Position numbers and translations under genes: made by a program. Source: Candidatus Calditenuis fumarioli (lineage in GTDB: Archaea > Thermoproteota > Nitrososphaeria_A > Caldarchaeales > Calditenuaceae). Taken from it: 64,000 nt of DNA. Below, piece after piece: positions 56,568 through 64,000 of this stretch. The DNA lies in assembly GCA_030059665.1 (NCBI GenBank), contig JANVYR010000001.1, positions 160,001-224,000 on the forward strand. The letters are read 5' to 3'. Each line of letters begins with the position of its first letter. Position 1 is the stretch's first letter. The notes under the pieces are model-generated. The model searched no databases. It was not told the origin of the DNA and worked only from the letters and a program-made list of their open reading frames with translations.

Positions 56568-58904
56568 TCAGATCAGGTAGAAGAGCGGGAAGAGGAATAC
56601 CCAGACTATGTCGACGAAGTGCCAGTAGTAGCCGAAGTACTCGATCGCCTCCCAGTTGTCCTTGCCGTAGTGGCCCTTGGCTGCCCGGTAGATCAGGTAG
56701 ATCAGCGCCAGCAGTCCAGCCGTGACGTGGGCGCCGTGTACGCCGGTCGTGAGGAAGAACGTCGAGGCCGGCAGCGAGCTCGAGAAGGTGATCCCGTGCT
56801 CGAATAGCTCCCTCCACTCGTTGTACTTGTTGAACAGGAAGGCGAGACCGAGCAGCAGCGTCGCACCCAGGAACCCCGCGGTCAGACTCCTCTTGTCTGC
56901 CCTGGCTGAGGCGAGCGCGAGGACAACGGTCAGGCTGCTCGTCAACAGTATGAAGGTGTTGGTGGCGCCGTGCCAAATGTCCAGCATCTCGCCGGGTGCG
57001 GGCCAGGAGCTGCTGGCCGACCTGACGAACAGGTACGCGGAGATCAGCACGCCGAAGAGGGTGACCTCGGAGGCGATGAACGTCCACCAGCCCAGCTTGA
57101 CCCTGTCGATCTTCTCGAACGGCCACCGCTCGCCGAAGGGCTCCTCGTGGGCGATGAAGCGCTCCCTTGCCCATCCCACCACAGACAGCGCGAAGACGAT
57201 CAGGCCGGGTATCAGCAGCGCGTTGTGCACCGTGAGGCCAGCCAGCGAGAGGAACGCTCCCAGGCTCACCGCGAACGGGTAGATCGAGTGGTGTGTCGCC
57301 TCAGCGAGGTGGGAGTGGGCACCGTTCATCGAGACGAACGCGAGCTTGCCTCCAGCGAAGCTCGGTATCGCGGGGAAGTTGCCGGGCGGTGGCGGCGACT
57401 CGGTGGCCCACTCCAGCGTGAAGGCGTCCCAAGGGTTGCTCCCCGCTGGGCTGCCGTTCCGGAGGCTGTAGAGGAAGTTCCAGAACATGATCAGGAACGA
57501 GAGGCCGAAGATCAGCCCTCCTATGGTCGCCAGCTGGTGGTACGGCAGCAGTTCGGGCTGGTAGATCGGAACCCTCCTGGGCGTCTGCCACGCGAGGAAG
57601 AGCGGGAAGTACAGCAGGTTGTACCCTATAATCGCGGTGACGAAGTGGATCCTCCCGAGTTTCTCGTCGAACATCCTCCCGGTCATCTTCGGATACCAGT
57701 AGTAGAGGCCTGCGATGAGCCCCAGCAGACCGCCGCCAACCATGGTGTAGTGGAAGTGCGCCACGACGAAGTACGTCCCCCTCAGTATGTAGTCGAGCGC
57801 GTTGGACCCCAGGAAGACTCCTGTTATGCCGCCGACGATGAAGACGCCTATCGAGCCAACCGCGAACAGCAAAGGCGTGCTGACCCTGATCTTCCCCTTC
57901 GCAAGGGAGTAGATGTAGGAGAGGATGATGGCGTCGAATGGTATCGAGATAGCTATCGTCGTTATCGTGAAGACCCTCCTGATGTCCTGGCTGATTCCCG
58001 TGTTGAACATGTGATGACCCCAGACGAGGAAGCTCAGCACAGCCACGATGGTCATGGCCGCCATCACTGCGGTCCTTCCGTAGAGGTGCCTCCTCGTCGA
58101 TGCCTGGATGATCTCTGCCATTGCGCCTAGCGCCGGGAAGAGGACGATGTACACCTCAGGGTGGCCGAAGAACCAGAAGACGTGGTCCCAGAGCAGTGAT
58201 CCGCCCTCAGGGCTCGAGAGGTACACCGTGCCCAAGAGCCTGTCGGAAGCCAACAGGATGATCCCAGCCAGCAGAGGCGGGAATGCGTAAAGCATCATCA
58301 GCACCGTCAGGAGCACCGAGAAGGTGAAGAGCGGCATCCTCCGTATCGTGAGGCCCTGGGCCCTGGACCTGAATATCGTGACGACGAAGTTCACCGTGGA
58401 GACGGTCACAGACGCCGTCAGGAGCGCGAGCCCGAGACCGCCTGTGTTGACGCCTACGTAGGGCGAGAACCGCGAGGTCGTCAGAGGTGCGTACATGGTC
58501 CATCCTGCGTCTATCGCGCTGTCCTGGAAGAACGAGATGAGCGTGAGGACGCCTCCGAAGAGATATAGCCAGTAGCTCAGCGCGTTCAGCCTCGGGAAGG
58601 CGAGATCCCTCGCTCCTATCTGGAGGGGCACGACGTAGTTAGCCAGCGCGAAGGCCAGGGGTGAGATCACGAAAAGTATCATGATCAGGCCGTGCATTGA
58701 GACGGCCTGGTTGAACTGCTGCGGGTTCAGCAGCTTTATCGCCGGATCGGCGAGCTGGAACCTGAAGAGCAGCGCAAGGGTCCCGCCGACGATCAGGAAG
58801 TAGAGAGAAGTGACCAGATACAGGATTCCGACGTCCTTGTGGTCGGTCGTCGTCAGCCAGCGCCTGATCGAAGAGGCGGGAAGGTGCTGACCCTGATGCG
58901 CCAT
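56568..58904 (-). CDS. Heme-copper oxygen reductase, fused subunits I+III (A1-type core)
   Basis: TTDHKDVG, MHG, DLAFPRLN, GHPEVY, WGHH, AHFHY and PRR; subunit III motifs SEVTLF, HGAHV and YWHFVDIVW. Confidence 0.95.
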   Translation of the reverse strand: MAHQGQHLPASSIRRWLTTTDHKDVGILYLVTSLYFLIVGGTLALLFRFQLADPAIKLLNPQQFNQAVSMHGLIMILFVISPLAFALANYVVPLQIGARDLAFPRLNALSYWLYLFGGVLTLISFFQDSAIDAGWTMYAPLTTSRFSPYVGVNTGGLGLALLTASVTVSTVNFVVTIFRSRAQGLTIRRMPLFTFSVLLTVLMMLYAFPPLLAGIILLASDRLLGTVYLSSPEGGSLLWDHVFWFFGHPEVYIVLFPALGAMAEIIQASTRRHLYGRTAVMAAMTIVAVLSFLVWGHHMFNTGISQDIRRVFTITTIAISIPFDAIILSYIYSLAKGKIRVSTPLLFAVGSIGVFIVGGITGVFLGSNALDYILRGTYFVVAHFHYTMVGGGLLGLIAGLYYWYPKMTGRMFDEKLGRIHFVTAIIGYNLLYFPLFLAWQTPRRVPIYQPELLPYHQLATIGGLIFGLSFLIMFWNFLYSLRNGSPAGSNPWDAFTLEWATESPPPPGNFPAIPSFAGGKLAFVSMNGAHSHLAEATHHSIYPFAVSLGAFLSLAGLTVHNALLIPGLIVFALSVVGWARERFIAHEEPFGERWPFEKIDRVKLGWWTFIASEVTLFGVLISAYLFVRSASSSWPAPGEMLDIWHGATNTFILLTSSLTVVLALASARADKRSLTAGFLGATLLLGLAFLFNKYNEWRELFEHGITFSSSLPASTFFLTTGVHGAHVTAGLLALIYLIYRAAKGHYGKDNWEAIEYFGYYWHFVDIVWVFLFPLFYLI

Positions 58905-58905
58905 C

Positions 58906-59529
58906 TCAACCACCCCCCTCGTACCAGGCCTTGAACTCCTGCTCCGTGACCGCGACGATCCTGCCGGTCATCACGCCGTGACCGGTCCCGCAGAGCTCGA
59001 AGCATCTGACCTCATAGGTCCCAGGTACCCTGATGACGGTCCAGTAGGTGTTGATCTTCCCCGGTACCGCGTCGATCCCGATGCCGAGGGAGAGGACGCC
59101 GAACTTGTGGAAGACGTCCCTGCTGGTGACGTAGAACTTGATCGGCCTGTCTATCGGAACGCGCGCCTCACCCAGGACCGTCTTGCCGTTCGGGTAGGTG
59201 AACTCCCAGCCCCACTGGAACGCGGTCACCCTGATCTCGAGAGCATCAGCCGGAGGCGTCTCGAGGTACGCGAGGGTCGAGAACGTGCTGAAGATCAGCG
59301 TTGTCACGATCGTCGCGCTCAGCGCAATGGAGATCAGCAACCTGTACGGAAAGCCCTCCGAGGTCGGCAGCTCGCCCAGCTCCACGTCCCTCCCCTTCAC
59401 CTCCTTTGCCCTGACGTGCTTGATCAGGTGGTACAGCATGTAGCCCAGCACCACGAAGAAGACGATAGTGCCCAGGGTGAGGAACGTGTCGAAGAGGGAG
59501 TAGACGGCTTCGGCCGTCGTGCTCACCAT
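58906..59529 (-). CDS. coxB: Heme-copper oxidase subunit II with CuA centre
   Basis: Two TM helices, FQWGW, DVFH and CFELCGTGHGVM. Confidence 0.95.
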   Translation of the reverse strand: MVSTTAEAVYSLFDTFLTLGTIVFFVVLGYMLYHLIKHVRAKEVKGRDVELGELPTSEGFPYRLLISIALSATIVTTLIFSTFSTLAYLETPPADALEIRVTAFQWGWEFTYPNGKTVLGEARVPIDRPIKFYVTSRDVFHKFGVLSLGIGIDAVPGKINTYWTVIRVPGTYEVRCFELCGTGHGVMTGRIVAVTEQEFKAWYEGGG

Positions 59530-59550
59530 CGGCGAATGGTCGGCATCCTC

Positions 59551-59575
59551 ATAATATTAACCTCTTTTGAGTTAA
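59551..59575 (-). promoter_or_regulatory. cox operon TATA box plus adjacent TTAAC-N9-GTTAA palindrome
   Basis: TTAATATTAT lies about 26 nt upstream of the coxB ATG; the inverted repeat spans 59557-59575. Confidence 0.5.
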
Positions 59576-59688
59576 CGCATGAGTGGCACTTGCGCGCTCC
59601 TAACTGGTTGACTGCTCTGCCGGTTTCGCAGAGGACACAGTCATCACCGGAGAGTTCAAAACGTGAAGGCTCTGGTCCCGATTACCCA

Positions 59689-60063
59689 TCAGGAGACTTC
59701 TTTCCGGCCTTCGCGGTACGACCTGATGACCCAGTCCTCGATCAGGGTGCATCCCACCGGGCTGACGCTCTGGTCGGGGCCGCAGTTGGGGTTGAAGGGG
59801 CAGAGGGGACAGGGAGCGCCGAAGAGGGGCGACGGATCGAACCGCTTGATGAGCGGGATCAGCTTGAGCGTCCACCTCTCGTTCGCGAGCACCTTCTCCC
59901 TCCTCACTATGCCCTTCTTCTCCAGCTTGATGGCCAGCCTCGACCCCTCCCTGCTCGAGATGCCGAGCATGTGCCAGAGCTCCGACTGCAGGATTCCCTC
60001 CTCGTGCTCTAGGAGGATGCGAATGGCTTGCTCCTCCAACCGAGCGAGCTTAGAGGTCTGCAT
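59689..60063 (-). CDS. tfeB: Transcription factor E beta subunit (RPC34/RPC39-like winged helix plus Fe-S domain)
   Basis: Winged helix GILQSELWHMLGISSREGSRL...LEKKG, followed by PCPLCP...C...SPVGC...W (four Cys). Confidence 0.82.
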   Translation of the reverse strand: MQTSKLARLEEQAIRILLEHEEGILQSELWHMLGISSREGSRLAIKLEKKGIVRREKVLANERWTLKLIPLIKRFDPSPLFGAPCPLCPFNPNCGPDQSVSPVGCTLIEDWVIRSYREGRKEVS

Positions 60064-60153
60064 CTTCCGTCTCTGCTGATGATAATTGCGTTCCCCTGTA
60101 TTTAAGTAAAGTCTCACGAAACGGAAAAGGAGATCCTAAGTCCCCTCTAGTCC

Positions 60154-63100
60154 TTACGCGTCGTCGAGACCGGTCGCGCCCACACCCGAATTTCCTACGG
60201 CCGGGCGTTCCGGAGCCACCGAGTGCAGCTCGTTCAGCGACCTGAACTCGGGGCTTGAGGACCTGATCCACCGTACGACCCTGATGGCTGCTGAGACGCC
60301 CTGGTACGTTGTGACGTACGGGATGCCGGTGATGACGGCGCCCCTCCGGAGCCGGTAGCCCGTTAGGTCCGACCTTCCCGCCTTTCGCCTGAGGTCCACC
60401 ACCATCTTCACCCGCTCAGACCTCAGCGCCACCGCCGCGTCCACCTCGTCCCTCCAGGAGGAGGCTTCCAGTATCCTGTCAGCAATATCTGGGAGACCGC
60501 CGACGTCACCCTCGACTTCGCTGAGCAGGAGCACCTCGAACCCCAGCGACTTGAGCTGCGAGATCACGTAACGGGCCTCCTCAACGCTCGACCCGTCGGC
60601 CGCCATCAGAACCCTTCCCTCAGCCGGTATCGGGTTGTTCGCACCGAGCTCGGCCTTCCAGTACGCCTCCTCGAAGCACCTTCCGATGCCCATGCACTCG
60701 CCGGTCGACTTCATCCTCGGCTCGAGCACCGGGTCGACGCCCGGGAGCTTCGCGAACGAGAAGACCGATTCCTTGACAGCGACGAAGCGCGGGGTTACCT
60801 CCGAGGTCAGCCCGAGCTCCCTCAGCTTTTTGCCCAGCATCAGCTTCGTGGCGACCTTAGCCATCGGCACGTTGATCACCTTGCTGAGGAACGGAACTGT
60901 CCTGGAGGCCCGCGCGTTGACCTCGAGGACGTAGACCTCGTCGCCCATCACCGCGAACTGGACGTTCAGGAGACCCACGACCTTCAGCTCCAGCGCGATC
61001 CGCCTGGTGTACTCCTTGATCCTCTCGACGGCCCTCTGGGAGAGCGAGACCGGAGGTATAACCATAGCAGCGTCACCGCTGTGGACGCCCGCGAGCTCTA
61101 TGTGCTCCAGGATCCCGCAAACTAACACGTCCTCGCCGTCGGAGAGCGCATCCACGTCCACCTCGACCGCTGGGTGAAGGTACTTGTCGATCAGGACCGG
61201 CCTATCCTCAGAGACCTGGATGGCGTCCTCGACCAGCTCCCTCAGCTCGCGCTCCGACCAGACCACGCCCATAGCCCTGCCGCCGAGCACGTAGGAGGGC
61301 CTGACGAGCACCGGGTAACCTATGGTTGCGGCGACTCGAACAGCTTCCTCGACGCTCCTGACCGTCGCGCCCTGTGGCTGTAGTATCCCCAACCGCTCAA
61401 GGAACCTCCGGAACCTGTCCCTGTCCTCCGTGATGTCGATGCTCTCCGGACTAGTGCCGAGCACCCTAACCCCGGCCGCCTCGAGCCTCTTGGCCAGCTT
61501 CAAGGGCGTCTGCCCGCCGAGCTGCAGTATGACCCCCTCGGGCCTCTCCCGCTCTATCACGTTCATCACGTGCTCGAAGGTTATCGGCTCGAAGTAGAGC
61601 CTCGTGGAGACGTCGAAGTCGGTGCTGACCGTCTCGGGGTTGTTGTTCACGATCACCGCCTCTATCCCCTCCTCCCTCAACGCTATTGCCGCGTGCACCG
61701 AGCAGTAGTCGAACTCGATACCCTGACCGATCCTAATTGGCCCGCTGCCGACGATCAGGACCCTCCTCCTTCCGGTCTCTGCCCTCGACTCGTCGGTCTC
61801 CTCGTAGGTCGAGTAGTAGTAGGGCGTCACCGCCTCGAACTCGCCGGCACAGGTGTCGACCATCTTGAAGACCGGCACCACCCCCAGCCTCTTCCTGATG
61901 CGCCTCACCTCCTCCTCGGTCAGGCCCGTGAGCCTCGCGATCTGCCAGTCCGTGAAGCCCATCCTCTTGGCCTCCCTCAGCAGCTCGGGGAAGTTCGGGT
62001 CCTCGACGGAAGTCCTCCGGAGCCTCTGCTCGGTCTCCACGATCCTCCTGATCCCGTTCAGGAACCACCGGTCGATCTTGGTCAGGGCGTGAATTTCGTC
62101 CACGGTCATCCCGAGCAGGAAAGCCCTCCTGATCGCGAAGACCCTTTGCCAGGTCGGCTTAGCGAGGAGCTCCCTCACCTTCTCGGGCGGCCATTCGTCC
62201 TCCGAGTAGAGACCGAGCCTACCGATCTCGAGCGATGAGATTGCCTTCTGGAGCGCCTCCTCGAAGGTTCTGCCGATGCCCATCGCCTCGCCCGTGGACT
62301 TCATCATCGTCCCTATCACGGGATCCATCGTCTCGAAGACGTCAACCGGCCACCTCGGTATCTTCACCACCACGTAGTCCACCGTCGGCTCCATCGCTGC
62401 GGTGACCTTCCCCACCACCCGGTTCGGTATCTCGTCGAGGGTGTAACCGAGCGCGATCTTCGCAGCCACCCTCGCGATGGGGTACCCGGTCGCCTTGGAT
62501 GCCAGGGCGGAGCTCCTGCTGACCCTGGGGTTGACCTCGATCACGGCGTACTCGAAGCTCTCAGGGTTGACGGCGAACTGGATGTTGCATGCCCCGACCA
62601 CACCAATGGCCCTCACCACCTTGAACGCGGCCCTTCTGAGGACGTGGTACTCCTCATCCGTGAGCGTCTGCGCAGGCGCCACCACAATGCTCTCGCCGGT
62701 ATGGATCCCGAGCGGGTCGACGTTCTCCATCGGGCAGACCGAGATGCAGTTGTCAGCGGAGTCCCGGATCACCTCGAGCTCGTACTCCTTCCATCCGTCG
62801 AGGTACTCGTCGATCGCAACCCTTCCGTTCATGCTCACCATAAGACCCGCGTTCACGAGGCGCCTGAGCTCATCGAGGTTCCGGGCGACACCCGATCCAG
62901 TCCCGCCGAGGGCGTAGCTGGCCCTGCAGAGGACCGGGAAGCCGCCGAGCTCCCTGACCGCATCCACAGCCTCCTCGAAGCTGCCCACCTCGATCGACCT
63001 CGGTATCCTCTCCCCGATGGACGTGACCAGATCGTGGAAGAGCCTCCTGTCCTCTGCCCTCTTGATCGCCTCCACCGGCGTCCCTATCACCTTCACGCCC

Positions 63101-63432
63101 AGCTCGTCGAGGACCCCCATCTCCTGGAGCTTAACGGCGAGGTTCAGGCCTGTCTGTCCTCCCATCGTCGGCAGGATCGCGTCGGGCCGCTCCTTCCTCA
63201 GGATCTCAGCGATCACCTCAGGGACCAGAGGCTCGATGTATACCACGTCGGCTATCTCGAAGTCGGTCTGTATGGTCGCCGGGTTCGAGTTCACGACTAT
63301 CGTCCTGATCCCTTCCTCCCTCAGCGCTATGCAAGCTTGGGACCCCGAGTAATCGAACTCGGCCGCCTGACCTATCACGATCGGGCCCGAGCCTATGACC
63401 AGGACGCTCTTGATCCAGTCGAGCTTGGGCAT
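60154..63432 (-). CDS. carB: Carbamoyl-phosphate synthase large subunit
   Basis: GSGPIVIGQAAEFDYSG, EVNPRVSRSS, GSGPIRIGQGIEFDY and EVNARASRT. The ATG overlaps the carA stop. Confidence 0.98.
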   Translation of the reverse strand: MPKLDWIKSVLVIGSGPIVIGQAAEFDYSGSQACIALREEGIRTIVVNSNPATIQTDFEIADVVYIEPLVPEVIAEILRKERPDAILPTMGGQTGLNLAVKLQEMGVLDELGVKVIGTPVEAIKRAEDRRLFHDLVTSIGERIPRSIEVGSFEEAVDAVRELGGFPVLCRASYALGGTGSGVARNLDELRRLVNAGLMVSMNGRVAIDEYLDGWKEYELEVIRDSADNCISVCPMENVDPLGIHTGESIVVAPAQTLTDEEYHVLRRAAFKVVRAIGVVGACNIQFAVNPESFEYAVIEVNPRVSRSSALASKATGYPIARVAAKIALGYTLDEIPNRVVGKVTAAMEPTVDYVVVKIPRWPVDVFETMDPVIGTMMKSTGEAMGIGRTFEEALQKAISSLEIGRLGLYSEDEWPPEKVRELLAKPTWQRVFAIRRAFLLGMTVDEIHALTKIDRWFLNGIRRIVETEQRLRRTSVEDPNFPELLREAKRMGFTDWQIARLTGLTEEEVRRIRKRLGVVPVFKMVDTCAGEFEAVTPYYYSTYEETDESRAETGRRRVLIVGSGPIRIGQGIEFDYCSVHAAIALREEGIEAVIVNNNPETVSTDFDVSTRLYFEPITFEHVMNVIERERPEGVILQLGGQTPLKLAKRLEAAGVRVLGTSPESIDITEDRDRFRRFLERLGILQPQGATVRSVEEAVRVAATIGYPVLVRPSYVLGGRAMGVVWSERELRELVEDAIQVSEDRPVLIDKYLHPAVEVDVDALSDGEDVLVCGILEHIELAGVHSGDAAMVIPPVSLSQRAVERIKEYTRRIALELKVVGLLNVQFAVMGDEVYVLEVNARASRTVPFLSKVINVPMAKVATKLMLGKKLRELGLTSEVTPRFVAVKESVFSFAKLPGVDPVLEPRMKSTGECMGIGRCFEEAYWKAELGANNPIPAEGRVLMAADGSSVEEARYVISQLKSLGFEVLLLSEVEGDVGGLPDIADRILEASSWRDEVDAAVALRSERVKMVVDLRRKAGRSDLTGYRLRRGAVITGIPYVTTYQGVSAAIRVVRWIRSSSPEFRSLNELHSVAPERPAVGNSGVGATGLDDA

Positions 63433-64000
63433 CACAACCACCCCAGGAATTCGTCGAAGACCCGGTCGGCGTCGGAGGGCCCAGGATGACCCTCGGGGTG
63501 GTACTGCGTGGTCAGGACCATCAGGTCTTCGTGCTCGAGGCCCTCGACGGTTCCGTCGTTGAGGCTGATCTGTCTGACCTTTAGCCCGGTTCCCTCGATC
63601 GACCTGGGATCTACGGCGTATCCGTGGTTCTGCAGCGTGATGTGGATCCTCCCGGTCTTCAGGTCCTTCACCGGGTGATTGGTCCCCCTGTGCCCGAACT
63701 TCATCTTGTACGTCCTGCACCCCATCGCGAGCGCTATCAGCTGGTGTCCAAGGCAGACCCCCATCATGGGGACCTTTCCGATCAGCCTTCGCACGGTCTC
63801 GATCGCGTATCCGATCACCGTCGGGTCTCCGGGGCCGTTGGAGACGAGGACGCCGTCCGGTCTCCAGGAGAGGATCTCATCGGCCTCCGTCCAGGCGGGG
63901 AACCTCACCACGGTGACGTTCGAGCTGAGGAGCCTCCTGACGATGCCCATCTTCACGCCGCAGTCGAGGAGCGCCACGGTCTTCCGTCCAGATCCGAGGA
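63432..64000 (-). CDS. carA: Carbamoyl-phosphate synthase small subunit (partial, 5' end outside the window)
   Basis: LDCGVK, SNGPGDP, GVCLGHQ, FGHRGTNHPV, QNHGY and QYHPE. Confidence 0.96.
   Translation of the reverse strand, partial: LGSGRKTVALLDCGVKMGIVRRLLSSNVTVVRFPAWTEADEILSWRPDGVLVSNGPGDPTVIGYAIETVRRLIGKVPMMGVCLGHQLIALAMGCRTYKMKFGHRGTNHPVKDLKTGRIHITLQNHGYAVDPRSIEGTGLKVRQISLNDGTVEGLEHEDLMVLTTQYHPEGHPGPSDADRVFDEFLGWL

Noticed and set aside
1-64000. Many long overlapping or antisense ORFs in the track (e.g. 38316-39626, 49353-50417, 46135-47247, 4010-4957)
   Set aside because: Shadow ORFs expected in GC-rich coding DNA. They overlap well-supported genes and show no motifs.
1-64000. CRISPR array, rRNA, integrase or tRNA att-site duplication
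   Set aside because: No regularly spaced repeats with unique spacers, no rRNA-like segment and no duplicated tRNA 3' ends were seen. The only tandem array is the coding 21-bp repeat.

Overview
GC-rich archaeal chromosome segment. The marker set suggests a thermophilic TACK archaeon, probably Aigarchaeota/Caldarchaeales-like (inference): S6e, S24e, S28e, L24e, L7Ae, Dph5, Pelota, tetraether synthase, TFE-beta, arcadin-1 and intron-containing tRNAs. About 1-20.8 kb and 38-64 kb are mostly housekeeping: nadE, an orphan CoxL-like molybdoenzyme subunit, A/V-ATPase subunits C and H, nfo, rpiA, homocitrate synthase, sua5, tes, dtdA, pyrH, gltX, a heme-copper oxidase and carAB, plus three tRNAs (His with one intron, Glu, Gln with two introns). 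About 20.9-38.0 kb is a visibly more AT-rich, mosaic accessory island with surface-glycan genes, two HEPN-MNT pairs, several pseudogenes and an IS6-like MITE. Strongest leads: (1) an A1-type oxidase that keeps the D-channel and active site but lacks the K-channel residues; (2) a metal-type ABC system whose binding protein is fused to the permease and has lost the canonical metal ligands; (3) arcadin-1 followed by an uncalled 44-aa zinc-ribbon gene, beside an unknown duplicated-domain protein that breaks the L24e-ndk synteny. All three HEPN-MNT modules show signs of disarming. No CRISPR array or rRNA was seen. All family assignments come from motif recognition by eye; no searches were run.
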